A stretch of DNA of 64,000 nucleotides from the NCBI GenBank assembly GCA_052147975.1, contig JBKQJL010000083.1, positions 15,892 through 79,891 on the forward strand, written 5' to 3'. The first letter of the stretch is position 1. Every line of letters begins with the position of its first letter. This document shows, piece by piece, positions 18,254 to 27,604 of the stretch. The translations under genes were made by a program, and so were the position numbers. The DNA is from Myxococcaceae bacterium (GTDB lineage Bacteria > Myxococcota > Myxococcia > Myxococcales > Myxococcaceae). A model generated the notes under the pieces. It did not search any database. It had not been told where the DNA came from and saw only the letters and a program-made list of their open reading frames with translations.

Positions 18254-18709
18254 CTACTTCTGCGGGGCCTCGCGCACGCCGATGGCCAGCTGGCCCAGCC
18301 CCGCCCCTTTGGCCATCTCCATCACCTCCACCACCTTGCCGTGCGGGACGCCTTCATCGGCTTGGATGATGACCAGGGTGGAGGGGTTTTTGGCCTGCGC
18401 CTGGGCCAGGGCCTTCTTCAGCTCGTCGGCCGTGACCACGTCCCCGGCCAGCACCAGCCGGCCGTCGGAGAGCACCGCCACCGAGAGGTCACTGGTCGCC
18501 GGCGTGACGTCCGAGGCGCTGCCTTTGGGCAAATTCACCTTCAACCCGGCCTTGGCCGCGCCCTGCCCCTGGTTGACGATGACCGAGCTGGTCACCATGA
18601 AAATAATCAACAGCACGAGGAAAATGTCGGTGAGCGGGGTGATGTTGATGTCCGAGAAGACGCCGTCCGCCTCGTCCGCGTCGCCCCCGGGAATTTTCCC
18701 CATCGCCAT
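18254..18709 (-). CDS. ExbD/TolR family biopolymer transport protein
   Basis: 151-aa ORF. It has INITPLTDIFLVLLIIFMV followed by a periplasmic domain and lies 5 nt downstream of the TolQ/ExbB-type gene. Confidence 0.88.
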   Translation of the reverse strand: MAMGKIPGGDADEADGVFSDINITPLTDIFLVLLIIFMVTSSVIVNQGQGAAKAGLKVNLPKGSASDVTPATSDLSVAVLSDGRLVLAGDVVTADELKKALAQAQAKNPSTLVIIQADEGVPHGKVVEVMEMAKGAGLGQLAIGVREAPQK

Positions 18710-18713
18710 GGCG

Positions 18714-19415
18714 TCAGTTGGCCTCGGCCGTGGCCGTCGGCCCGCCTGGCTCCACCTGCAAGGACAACGGCGTGGTGGGGCGCTCGCGGAGGGTTTCCAC
18801 GAATTCCTCGGCGAGCAGCCGCACCTCGATGGTGATGCGGCCGATGCGCGACTGGAAGTAGTTGTAGAGCACCACCGCCAGCACGGCCACCAGAATGCCG
18901 GCGGCGGTGGACACCAGCGCCTCGCTGATGCCCGTCATGACGGCCGCGCTGCCCCCGGTGCCTCCCGCCGAAACGTCCAGGCCGAGGTCGCGGAAGCTGC
19001 GCATGATGCCGGCCACCGTCCCGAAGAGGCCGACGAAGGGCGTGGTCGCGCCGATGGTGCCCAGAATCCACAGGTTTTTCTTCAGCCGCAGCCCGAGCTG
19101 CGCCCGCTCGCGCTCCACCGCCGCCTCGAGCGCCGGCGTCACCGCGCGGGTGTGCTCGAGTCGCTCGAAGGCCACTCGGAAGAGGTCCGCCAGCAAAGCC
19201 GGCGAGCGCTCGGCAGCACCCCGCGCCGAGGGGATGTCGCCGCGAAGCAAATGACGGCTGATGACGTCGCTCAGCGCGCGGCTCTCGGCGCTGACGTTCC
19301 ACAGCGCCATCCAGCGTTCCACCGCCACGCCCAAGGTGAGCACCGAGGCCAACAAAATGAGAATGAGGGTAAGGCCGCCTAGGCGCAGGTAGTGGAGCAG
19401 CTCGCTCGGACTCAT
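18714..19415 (-). CDS. MotA/TolQ/ExbB family proton-channel protein
   Basis: The start is set at ATG 19415 (MSPSELLHYL). It has three TM segments and the family signature LGTIGATTPFVGLFGTVAGIM ... ALVSTAAGILVAV. The remainder of the 426-aa track ORF overlaps the opposite-strand lipoprotein gene. Confidence 0.88.
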   Translation of the reverse strand: MSPSELLHYLRLGGLTLILILLASVLTLGVAVERWMALWNVSAESRALSDVISRHLLRGDIPSARGAAERSPALLADLFRVAFERLEHTRAVTPALEAAVERERAQLGLRLKKNLWILGTIGATTPFVGLFGTVAGIMRSFRDLGLDVSAGGTGGSAAVMTGISEALVSTAAGILVAVLAVVLYNYFQSRIGRITIEVRLLAEEFVETLRERPTTPLSLQVEPGGPTATAEAN

Positions 19416-19469
19416 GAAGTCATCTCTAACCCTTGTGGAGGCCAGACAGTACGTGCTTTTTGCCGTCCC

Positions 19470-20255
19470 ATGAACACCCCACGGCGTCCCTTCTTCCTCG
19501 CCCTCGCCCTGGCGCTTGGGTGTGCGCACGTGGACCTGGGGAAGCTTCCCACCCCCAGCCCGAGCGGGCTGCTGTCCGAGGTGGACGCGCTGGAGGCCCT
19601 GGTGGTGCAGGTGAAGGGCTCGGCCCGCGTGACAGCGTCGTCCCAGAAGGGCGGCGGAGAGTTGTCGGCCTTCATCGCCGCGCGTGCCCCAGCCGAGGTG
19701 CACCTCGAGCTGCTCAACTTCTTCGGCGCCCCGGTGCAAGTCCTCGTCTCCGACGGACGCAGCTTCGGGCTGTACCAGGCCGACCAGGCCACCTACCTCA
19801 CCGGCCCGGCCACCGCGGCGGCCATTGGCCGCGTGCTGCCGGTGGACCTCTCTTGCGAGGACTTGGTGGCCATTCTCCTCGGGCGCACGCCGCGGCTGCC
19901 CGTCGCCCCGACGTCCATTGAGCCGGACCCGTCCCTCGACGCCTACCGCGTCAACCTGGTGCAGGGCGAGCGCCGACAGACGCTGTGGGTGCATGCCGTC
20001 AGCCGGCGCGTGTTGAAGAGCGTCCTGGAGGGCCCGGGCGGCTACAGCTTGCGCTTCGAGCAGCCCCTCGACGCGGCCGGCGTGCCCTTCGCCCGCAAGG
20101 TGACGTTTACCGACGCCACGGCCACGGTGGTGTTGCGCTGGAGCACCGAGGACGTCACCACCGAGGGGACGCTTCAGCCGGCCCTCTTCAGCGTCCAGGC
20201 GCCTCCCGGCGTCCGGACGGTGCAGGTGCCAGCGGCCCCTCCGGGCGCCGGGTAA
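19470..20255 (+). CDS. Lipoprotein, LolB/DUF4292-like
   Basis: Lipobox signal peptide MNTPRRPFFLALALALGCA. The beta-rich body reminds me of outer-membrane lipoprotein-sorting-like proteins. The family call is tentative. Confidence 0.5.
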   Translation: MNTPRRPFFLALALALGCAHVDLGKLPTPSPSGLLSEVDALEALVVQVKGSARVTASSQKGGGELSAFIAARAPAEVHLELLNFFGAPVQVLVSDGRSFGLYQADQATYLTGPATAAAIGRVLPVDLSCEDLVAILLGRTPRLPVAPTSIEPDPSLDAYRVNLVQGERRQTLWVHAVSRRVLKSVLEGPGGYSLRFEQPLDAAGVPFARKVTFTDATATVVLRWSTEDVTTEGTLQPALFSVQAPPGVRTVQVPAAPPGAG

Positions 20256-20315
20256 GGGAGGCTTGAAGGCTGGCCAGCCTCACGCTGCCCCTGGCAGCTC
20301 GTCTGCCCAGCTGCC

Positions 20316-20945
20316 ATGCTTTCTTTCGCGTGGGGTAAAACTTCCACCGCCCCAGGTGCGTTGAAGGCCGTGGAGCCCTCGGACGAAGAGTTGATGGGGC
20401 GCTACCGGAGGGGGGACGGCGGAGCCTTCGCCGTGCTGGTGCAGCGGCACCGGGCCCGTGTCTTCGCCTTCCTCAAGAGGCTGACACAGGACAGCGCCCG
20501 CGCGGAGGACGTCTTGCAGGAAACCTGGCTTCGGGTGGTGCGGGGCGCCGCGGGCTACCAGCCCACCGCGAGATTCACCACCTGGGTGTACACCATTGCC
20601 CGCAACGCGTGTGTGGACGCCTCTCGGCGCGAGCAGCACCGCGCCGCCGCCTCGCCGCTGGAGGAGGAGCCAGCGGACGTGGCCAGCCCGTGGAGTAACC
20701 CGGAGCGCGGCGCTCGCTCGGCCGAGCTGCGCGCAGTGCTTGAGGCGGCCGTCGCCGCGCTCCCCACCGAGCAGCGCGAGGTGTTTCTCCTGCGCGAGCT
20801 GGCCGGCGTCCCCTTCGCCGAAATTGCCCTGGTGACGGGGGCCCCCACCCCGACGGTGAAGAGCCGCATGCGCTATGCGCTGCTGGTCCTGCGCCAGCGC
20901 CTCAGCGAGGCCGGCTTCGACGAGGAAAACGGGAGCGCCCCATGA
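20316..20945 (+). CDS. ECF-type RNA polymerase sigma-70 family factor
   Basis: Region 2 (FAVLVQRHRARVFAFLKRL, EDVLQETWLRV) and region 4 (REVFLLRELAGVPFAEIALVTGAPTPTVKSRMRYAL) are present. The stop overlaps the start of the anti-sigma gene. Confidence 0.88.
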   Translation: MLSFAWGKTSTAPGALKAVEPSDEELMGRYRRGDGGAFAVLVQRHRARVFAFLKRLTQDSARAEDVLQETWLRVVRGAAGYQPTARFTTWVYTIARNACVDASRREQHRAAASPLEEEPADVASPWSNPERGARSAELRAVLEAAVAALPTEQREVFLLRELAGVPFAEIALVTGAPTPTVKSRMRYALLVLRQRLSEAGFDEENGSAP

Positions 20946-21916
20946 CACCGAGCGGCCCCCACCCAAGCGAAGCGCTCCTCGGGCACGTCTACGGCGAGCT
21001 CTCGGCCGAGGAGGAGGCGCGCGTCCAGGCCCACCTGCAGGGCTGTGCGGAGTGCGCCGCCACCGTCGCCGGCTACCGCGCCGTGCGCGCGGCCGCCCGC
21101 ACCCTGCCGCGCGAGCTGCCCAGTGAGGCGGGCCTCAGCGCGCTGTTGGGTGCCGCTCAAGACGCTGCCGCCCGGACGCGGCGCCGCCGCCGTGGCCTCT
21201 GGACAGGCTCGCTTCTCGGCGCCGCCGCCGCCGCCGCCCTGGTGTTGGTGGCCCTGCGCCCACCGGTGCCCCCCACCGCCCCCGCCTCAGCCCTCAGCGC
21301 GCCGGCACCCATGGCCCTGCCACCGGGCGCGCTGGCCGCCAACGAGTCTCCCCCCGCGCCTCCCGCCGCCCTCAACGCCGGCCCCCGCGAGGCCGCTGCC
21401 TCGAAGGGCCTGGCCAGGGCCAAGGCCCTGGCGCCGGGCCCCAGCGCCGTGCCGCAAGCCGGCGCCGCGCGAGGCTTCTCTTCGGCGCCGGCCCAAAAAG
21501 CCGAGGCGCCGGCCGCGCCGGCGCCACTGGCGGTGCGCCCAGAGTCCTCGGGCGCCGTCTCCGCCGCGCGGCTGCAGGCGGGCAACCTCCAGGCCCCGCC
21601 GGCCAGTGGCCTCGCGGCCGCCGGCGCAGCCGCGGACGCCGCAGCGCGGCCCCCGGCGGCCACTGCCGAAGGCCCCCAAGCGCGTGCCCGGGACGAGGCC
21701 CGCCGCCAGGCCCTGCTGTTGCGCCTGCAGGGTGCCTCCCGGGCCGAGGCGCTGCCGCTGCTGCTGGAGTTGTGCGCCCTCGAGGCGCGCCTTGGGCAGC
21801 CGGCGCTGGCCCACGGCGCCTGCGGGCAGCTTTTGCAGGGCTACCCCGGGACGCCCGAGGCAGCGGCGGCTGCGGCCCTCTTGAAGCCACTCGACGCTGG
21901 CGTCCCTGCGCCCTAG
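20942..21916 (+). CDS. Anti-sigma factor (zf-HC2 type) with an Ala/Pro-rich extracytoplasmic region
   Basis: N-terminal HLQGCAECAATVAGYRA zinc-finger anti-sigma motif, one TM helix (LLGAAAAAALVLVAL), then low-complexity sequence. It is translationally coupled to the ECF sigma gene. Confidence 0.75.
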   Translation: MTPSGPHPSEALLGHVYGELSAEEEARVQAHLQGCAECAATVAGYRAVRAAARTLPRELPSEAGLSALLGAAQDAAARTRRRRRGLWTGSLLGAAAAAALVLVALRPPVPPTAPASALSAPAPMALPPGALAANESPPAPPAALNAGPREAAASKGLARAKALAPGPSAVPQAGAARGFSSAPAQKAEAPAAPAPLAVRPESSGAVSAARLQAGNLQAPPASGLAAAGAAADAAARPPAATAEGPQARARDEARRQALLLRLQGASRAEALPLLLELCALEARLGQPALAHGACGQLLQGYPGTPEAAAAAALLKPLDAGVPAP

Positions 21917-21969
21917 CCCCTTCGCCCACTGGCACGGCGTCGGGGGCCCTGGCTACGGTGGCAGCTGCC

Positions 21970-23787
21970 ATGGCAACGAGAAAGGGACGTCCGGCCGGCG
22001 CGCGCGCGGTGTTGCGCGTGGAGCAGGGAGACCTCTTCGCGCGAGGCGAGGCCGCGCTGGCCCCAGCCCTCGAGCGCGAGGCGGTGGCGCCGCCGGCGGC
22101 GACGCCGGCCGCTTCCCCGGCGGAGGCGCCGCTGCTCAGCGTCCCCAGGCCGGCCCGGCCCGAGGCGCCGGCCAGCCCTGGCCCAAGCCCCTCGCCCTCT
22201 GCCCCTCGCGCGCTGCGGCCGCAGCCCGAGGGCTTCCAGCGCCTGGACGTCGAGCCGACGCGGGCCCGGCCGCTCGAGCCGACGGTGTACACCGTCAGCG
22301 AGTTGACGGAGTTGGTGAAGGGTACCCTCGAGGCCAGCTTCCGCCGCGTGCTGGTGCGCGGCGAGGTGTCCGGCTTCCGTGGCCCCAACGCCACCGGCCA
22401 CCTCTACTTCTCCCTCAAGGACTCCGGCGCGACGCTGGACGTGAAAATTTGGGCCTCCTCGGCGCGCTCAGTGCGCTTCCGGCTGGAGGAGGGCTTGGAG
22501 GTGTTGGCCGAGGGCTACTTGGACGTCTACGCCCGCGCCGGACGCTACAGCCTCATTGTCCAGCGCATTGAGCCGGCGGGCGCCGGCGCCCTGGCGCTGG
22601 CCTTCGCCCAGCTGAAGGAGCGCCTCAGCGCCGAGGGCCTCATGGGCGAAGGGCGGCGAAGGCCGCCTCGGCCGCTGCCGCGGTTGCCGGCGCGCATTGG
22701 CATTGTCACCAGCCGCACCGGGGCGGTGCTTCAGGACTTCCTGCGCATTGTCCTTCGCCGCCACCCGCGCGCCTCCATTCTCCTGGCCCATGCCCGCGTC
22801 CAGGGCCCGGGGGCGGCCGAGGAGGTGGTGCGCGCCCTGGCCCGGCTTGCCCGCACCGACGTCGAGGTGGTGGTGGTGGCGCGCGGGGGCGGCTCGGCCG
22901 AGGACTTGTGGACTTTCAACGAGGAGGCCGTGGCCCGCGCCATTGCCGCCCACCCGGTGCCGGTGGTGTCCGCGGTGGGGCATGAGACGGACGTCACCAT
23001 TTCGGACTTCGTCGCCGACGTGCGGGCGCCCACCCCCAGTGCCGCCGCGGAGTTGGTGGTGCCGGTGCTGGCCGAGCTGGAGGGGGAGATGGCGCAAGCG
23101 CGCTTGCGGCTGGGGCGCGCAGTGCACACCGCCCTGGCCGAGCGCCGCCACGGCTTGGCCGAGCTCCGCCGACAGCTGGAGAGCCCCCGCCATGTGGTGG
23201 CGGACTTGCGCCAAGAGTTGGTGAGTTTGGAGGACAGGCTGGAGGCCAGTGCCCGGCGCGCTGTCCGCGCCCACGGCGAAGGCGTGCGGCGGCTGCGCGA
23301 GCGGCTGGACCGCTTCCGGCCAGAGGCCCTGTTGGCCCAGCGGCGCCAGGCGGTGCAGGCGCTGCGCGGCCGGCTGTTGCAGGCCATGCACGCAAGGCTT
23401 GTCCGGGAGCGCGAGCGGCTGGTGCGCGGCCGGCGCGGGCTGGAGCGCCGCGCCCCGGCGGCCTCCCTCGCCGAGGGGCACAAGCGGCTGGCCGCCTTGC
23501 GCGGACAGCTGCAGGCGGCCTCGCTGGCCCGCCTGGGCAGAGAGCGCCAGCGGCTGTCTGGCGCGGCCGGCAAGCTGGACGCGCTCAGCCCCCTCAAAGT
23601 CATGGCCCGGGGCTACGCCGTCGCATACCGCGCGGACAGTGGCGCGCTGTTGGCCCGGGCCGAGGAAGCCCACGTCGGCCTCTCCTTGGTGCTGCGCTGG
23701 GCGCCGCCTGGAAGCCGCTCGCTGGCCGAGTGCGGCGAGGTGGACGCCACCGTCACCGCCGTCCGGCCGCCCAAGGCCCCACGCTAG
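21970..23787 (+). CDS. xseA: Exodeoxyribonuclease VII large subunit
   Basis: OB-fold N-region (YTVSELTELVKGTLEASFRRVLVRGEVSGF), the catalytic region (IGIVTSRTGAVLQDF, VARGGGSAEDLWTFN, VGHETD) and the long coiled-coil tail are present. The start is set at ATG 21970, which leaves a ~100-aa Pro/Ala-rich leader before the OB fold. The true start may lie further downstream. Confidence 0.88.
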   Translation: MATRKGRPAGARAVLRVEQGDLFARGEAALAPALEREAVAPPAATPAASPAEAPLLSVPRPARPEAPASPGPSPSPSAPRALRPQPEGFQRLDVEPTRARPLEPTVYTVSELTELVKGTLEASFRRVLVRGEVSGFRGPNATGHLYFSLKDSGATLDVKIWASSARSVRFRLEEGLEVLAEGYLDVYARAGRYSLIVQRIEPAGAGALALAFAQLKERLSAEGLMGEGRRRPPRPLPRLPARIGIVTSRTGAVLQDFLRIVLRRHPRASILLAHARVQGPGAAEEVVRALARLARTDVEVVVVARGGGSAEDLWTFNEEAVARAIAAHPVPVVSAVGHETDVTISDFVADVRAPTPSAAAELVVPVLAELEGEMAQARLRLGRAVHTALAERRHGLAELRRQLESPRHVVADLRQELVSLEDRLEASARRAVRAHGEGVRRLRERLDRFRPEALLAQRRQAVQALRGRLLQAMHARLVRERERLVRGRRGLERRAPAASLAEGHKRLAALRGQLQAASLARLGRERQRLSGAAGKLDALSPLKVMARGYAVAYRADSGALLARAEEAHVGLSLVLRWAPPGSRSLAECGEVDATVTAVRPPKAPR

Positions 23788-23872
23788 GTACCCGGGGGGG
23801 TTTGCGCGCGGCCGGCCCCCTCCGGTAGGACGCGTGGCGCGTCGGCCCTTTCAAGCAGGGAGGTGGCACCCG

Positions 23873-24160
23873 GTGACAACCAGCGGAGAAAAGGCGCAGC
23901 CCTACAGCGAGGTGGTGGAGCGGCTGGAGGACGTGGTGAAGAAGCTGGAGACGGGGCAGCTCAGCCTGGAGGACACGCTGGCCGAGTTTGAGAAGGGCAT
24001 CCGCCTCGTCCAACGCGGGGAGGAGCTCTTGGCCCAGGCGGACAAGCGGGTGCAGGAGTTGTTGGAGCACCAGGGGCAGGAGCGCGTCGTCCCCCTCGAG
24101 ACGAAGGCCCCGGGGCGTCTGGCCTCACCGGCCGGGGAAGACGAGGACATTCCCTTCTAG
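23873..24160 (+). CDS. xseB: Exodeoxyribonuclease VII small subunit
   Basis: The sequence YSEVVERLEDVVKKLETGQLSLEDTLAEFEKGIRLVQRGEELL is the XseB helix-hairpin signature. GTG start at 23873, preceded by GGAGGTGG. Confidence 0.85.
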   Translation: MTTSGEKAQPYSEVVERLEDVVKKLETGQLSLEDTLAEFEKGIRLVQRGEELLAQADKRVQELLEHQGQERVVPLETKAPGRLASPAGEDEDIPF

Positions 24161-24198
24161 CGTCCCGCTCGGGGCCGTTGGCTTGGGCACCCACTCTC

Positions 24199-25086
24199 AT
24201 GGCCGCCCCCTTCTCGCTGGAGGCCTACCTCAGCGCGCAGGGCGCTCGGGTGGAGGCTTTGTTGGAGAGCAGCCTGGAGCGGCTTACCGAGGCGCCGGCG
24301 GTGCTGCGCGAGGCCATGGCCTACTCCCTGTTGGGCGGCGGCAAGCGGCTGCGCCCGGTGCTGTGTCTCGCCTTCGCCGAGGCCGTCACCCAAGGCCCCT
24401 TGCCAGCCCCTGCCTTGGACGCCGCCTGTGCGCTCGAGTACGTGCACACCTATTCCCTCATCCATGACGACTTGCCGGCCATGGACGACGACGAGTTGCG
24501 ACGGGGCAAGCCCACCAGCCACCGGGTGTACGGCGAGGCGCTGGCCATTCTCGCCGGGGACGCGCTTCTCACCGAGGCCTTCGCCTTGCTGTCCGCCGGG
24601 CCGGAGCCCGTCCGGGCCACCCTGGTGCGGCAGCTGGCCCGGGCGGCGGGGGCCCAGGGCATGGTGGCCGGCCAGGTGCTGGACATTGCCGTGGACAGGC
24701 CAGCCGAGGAGGCCTACTTGCACCGGCTGCACTCCCTCAAGACGGGCGCCCTGTTGCAGGCCGCCTGCACGCTGGGGGTGGCCTCCTCGGGAGGCTCGGC
24801 CGCGCAGCTGCACGCCGCCTCGGTGTACGGCGAGGCTGTGGGACTGGCCTTCCAAATTGCCGATGACGTGCTGGACGTCACCGCCTCGGCCAAGGCGCTG
24901 GGGAAGGCCGCTGGCGCGGACGCCGTGGCCGGCCGCCCCACCTACCCAGCGGTGCTGGGCCTAGAGGCCTCGCGCGAAAAGGCACACGCGCTGGTGCAGC
25001 GTGCGGTGCGGGCGGTGCAGCCGCTGGAGCCAGTGCCCGGGCCGCTGTCGGCCCTGGCCCACTACAGCGTGGAGCGAAAGGCTTGA
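24199..25086 (+). CDS. ispA: Farnesyl-diphosphate (polyprenyl) synthase
   Basis: First DDxxD (LIHDDLPAMDDDELRRG) and second DDxxD (FQIADDVLD) are present. The classic xseB-ispA-dxs order supports the call. Confidence 0.9.
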   Translation: MAAPFSLEAYLSAQGARVEALLESSLERLTEAPAVLREAMAYSLLGGGKRLRPVLCLAFAEAVTQGPLPAPALDAACALEYVHTYSLIHDDLPAMDDDELRRGKPTSHRVYGEALAILAGDALLTEAFALLSAGPEPVRATLVRQLARAAGAQGMVAGQVLDIAVDRPAEEAYLHRLHSLKTGALLQAACTLGVASSGGSAAQLHAASVYGEAVGLAFQIADDVLDVTASAKALGKAAGADAVAGRPTYPAVLGLEASREKAHALVQRAVRAVQPLEPVPGPLSALAHYSVERKA

Positions 25087-26825
25087 CGCTGCTTTCCCGG
25101 GTGGACTCTCCCGAGGCGCTGCGCGCGCTGAAAGAGGAAGAGCTCCCGGCGCTGGCCCAGGCGCTGCGCGAGGAAATTGTCCGCGTCTGCGGGCGCGTGG
25201 GAGGCCACTTGGGGGCCTCCTTGGGCGCGGTGGAGCTGGTGGTGGCCCTCCACCGCGTTTTCCACTCGCCCCAGGACGCGCTCGTCTTTGACGTCGGCCA
25301 CCAGGCCTACGCCCACAAGCTGCTCACCGGACGGCGCGCCCGCATGGACACGCTTCGGCAAGAGGGCGGCGTGGCGCCCTTTCTGGACCCCAAGGAAAGC
25401 GTCCACGACGCCTTCGGCGCCGGGCACGCCTGTACCGCGGTGTCCGTGGCCCTGGGCATGGCGGAAGCCATGGCCGCCCAGGGCCGGCGCCTCACCCGGG
25501 CGGTGGCGGTGGTGGGGGACGGGGGCCTCACCGGCGGCCTCACCTTCGAGGGCCTCAACAACGCCGGGGCCTCGCCGCACCCGCTGGTGGTGGTGCTTAA
25601 CGACAATGGCATGTCCATTTCCAGCAACGTCGGGGCGGTGGCCGGGCTGCTGCAGACAGCCGCAGCGCGCGGCTTCTTCGAGGCCCTCGGCTTCAGCTAC
25701 CTCGGGCCGGTGGACGGCCACAGCTTTCCGCAGCTGCTGAAGGTGCTGGCCGAGGCGCGGCGCGCGCGCCGGCCGGCGCTGGTGCACGTGCGCACCCAGA
25801 AGGGACGGGGCTTTCTGCCGGCCGAGTCCGATGTGCAGACGCACGGCCACGCCATGGGCCCCTATGAGTTGCGAGACGGGAAACTTGTCCGCAGCCGCGG
25901 CGGACAGCGCACCTTCAGCGAGGCCTTCGCCGAGGCCTTGGGCCGCGCCATGGAGGCGGACGGGCGGGTGGTGGCGGTGACGCCAGCCATGCTGGAGGGC
26001 TCGGCCCTTTCGGGGTTGAACGCCCGCTACCCGGGCCGGGTGCATGACGTCGGCATCGCCGAGCAACACGCGGTGGCCTTCTCGGCGGGCCTGGCGGCGC
26101 GCGGCGCCCGGCCGGTGTGCCTTCTGTACAGCACCTTTCTCCAGCGGGCGCTGGACCAGGTGGTGCACGACGTGGTGCTGCCCGGCCTGCCCGTCACGCT
26201 GGCCTTGGACAGAGCGGGACTGGTGGGCGCCGACGGCGCCACCCACCAGGGCGCGTATGACTTGGCGCTGTTGCGCCCCTTGCCAGGCCTGCGCCTGTAT
26301 GCGCCCCTTGTGGGCGAGGACGTGGAGCCCCTGCTGTCGACGGCGCTGGCCGGCCCGGGGCCGGCTGCGCTGCGCTTCCCGCGCGGCACGCTGCCAGAGG
26401 CCCCGGACGCACTGGCGCCCTCGGTGGCGCCGGTGGACACCGCCCGCTGGCTACTCCTACCGAAGGCGCCCCGGGCCTGCGTGGTGACGCTGGGCCCCTT
26501 GGGCCTGGAGGCGCTTTCTGCCGCGCGCAGCCTCGAGGGCGTGGCGGTGCTGGACGCCCGGGTGCTGTCCCCGTTGGACGTCGAGGCCGTGGACAAAGCC
26601 TGTGACATGGGCTGCGTGGTGACGGCCGAGGAGGGCACCACCCACGGGGGCCTCGGCACCGCGGTGCTGGAGCGCGCGGCGTACACCGGGCGCCGCCCGC
26701 GCCTGCGGCTTTTGGGGCTGCCGGACGCCTTCGTCCGGCATGGGGAGGCCCGGGCCCAGCGCCGCGCGCTGGGGCTGGACGCGGCCGGCATTGCCGACGC
26801 CGTGCGCGCGCTTTTGGCGGAATGA
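25083..26825 (+). CDS. dxs: 1-deoxy-D-xylulose-5-phosphate synthase
   Basis: GGHLGASLGAVELVVALH, the TPP motif GDGGLTGGLTFEGLNNAG, VHDVGIAEQHAV and GADGATHQGAYD are all present. The TTG start overlaps the ispA stop. Confidence 0.92.
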   Translation: MTLLSRVDSPEALRALKEEELPALAQALREEIVRVCGRVGGHLGASLGAVELVVALHRVFHSPQDALVFDVGHQAYAHKLLTGRRARMDTLRQEGGVAPFLDPKESVHDAFGAGHACTAVSVALGMAEAMAAQGRRLTRAVAVVGDGGLTGGLTFEGLNNAGASPHPLVVVLNDNGMSISSNVGAVAGLLQTAAARGFFEALGFSYLGPVDGHSFPQLLKVLAEARRARRPALVHVRTQKGRGFLPAESDVQTHGHAMGPYELRDGKLVRSRGGQRTFSEAFAEALGRAMEADGRVVAVTPAMLEGSALSGLNARYPGRVHDVGIAEQHAVAFSAGLAARGARPVCLLYSTFLQRALDQVVHDVVLPGLPVTLALDRAGLVGADGATHQGAYDLALLRPLPGLRLYAPLVGEDVEPLLSTALAGPGPAALRFPRGTLPEAPDALAPSVAPVDTARWLLLPKAPRACVVTLGPLGLEALSAARSLEGVAVLDARVLSPLDVEAVDKACDMGCVVTAEEGTTHGGLGTAVLERAAYTGRRPRLRLLGLPDAFVRHGEARAQRRALGLDAAGIADAVRALLAE

Positions 26826-27565
26826 GTCCCACGCGCAAGGAGCGCCTGGACGTGCTTCTCGTCCACGCAGGCTTGGCCCCCACCCGGGCTCGCGCCCAGG
26901 CGCTGGTGCTGGCCGGGCAGGTGGTGGTGGGCGAGGCCCGGGTGGACAAGCCGGGCACCCGCGTGCCGGTGGACGCCCCTTTGCGCCTCAAGGGCGAGGG
27001 GCTTCAATACGTTTCGCGCGGGGGCCTCAAGCTGCGGCACGCCCTGCAGCATTTCCGGCTGGAGGTGGCCGGAGCCGTCTGCGCGGACATTGGCGCCAGC
27101 ACTGGCGGCTTCACCGACTGCCTGTTGCAGGCCGGGGCAGCGCGGGTGCATGCCCTCGACGTCGGCTACGGGCAGCTGCACCAGCGGCTTCGGGCGGACG
27201 CCCGGGTGGTGCTGCACGAGCGCACCAACGCCCGCTACCTGGGCCCCCAGGCGCTGGGGGAGGCGGTGGACGTCGTGGTGGTGGACGTCAGCTTCATCTC
27301 CCTCACCCTGGTGCTGCCGGCGGTGGTGCCGCTGTTGCGCCCAGGGGGCCTGCTGGTGGCGCTGGTGAAACCGCAATTCGAGGTGGGCAAGGGCCAGGTG
27401 GGCAAAGGCGGGGTGGTGCGGGAGGAGACTGCGCGCGCCGCGGCACTGGAGCGCGTGCAAGCGGCGGCGGCCGGCTTGGGCCTCACGCTGCTTGGGGTGA
27501 CGGACTCCCCCATTTTGGGCCCAGCGGGAAACCGGGAGGCCCTCCTCGCCGCCCGAAAGCCGTAG
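26822..27565 (+). CDS. tlyA: TlyA family rRNA 2'-O-methyltransferase (S4 + FtsJ domains)
   Basis: S4 N-terminus (RLDVLLVHAGLAPTRARAQALVLAGQV) and the SAM motif (CADIGASTGGFTDCLLQAGA, VVDVSFISL) are present. The start overlaps the dxs stop. Confidence 0.88.
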   Translation: MSPTRKERLDVLLVHAGLAPTRARAQALVLAGQVVVGEARVDKPGTRVPVDAPLRLKGEGLQYVSRGGLKLRHALQHFRLEVAGAVCADIGASTGGFTDCLLQAGAARVHALDVGYGQLHQRLRADARVVLHERTNARYLGPQALGEAVDVVVVDVSFISLTLVLPAVVPLLRPGGLLVALVKPQFEVGKGQVGKGGVVREETARAAALERVQAAAAGLGLTLLGVTDSPILGPAGNREALLAARKP

Positions 27566-27604
27566 CGGAAGGGCCTGGGGGCGCGTCCACCGGCGCCGGA
27601 AGCG

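Noticed and set aside
18254-19415. Assigning the TolQ/TolR-type pair to the gliding-motility Agl motor, or to Tol-Pal or TonB systems
   Set aside because: Myxobacteria carry many such paralogues. No tolA, tolB, pal, tonB or glt genes are adjacent, so the specific system cannot be determined from this window.
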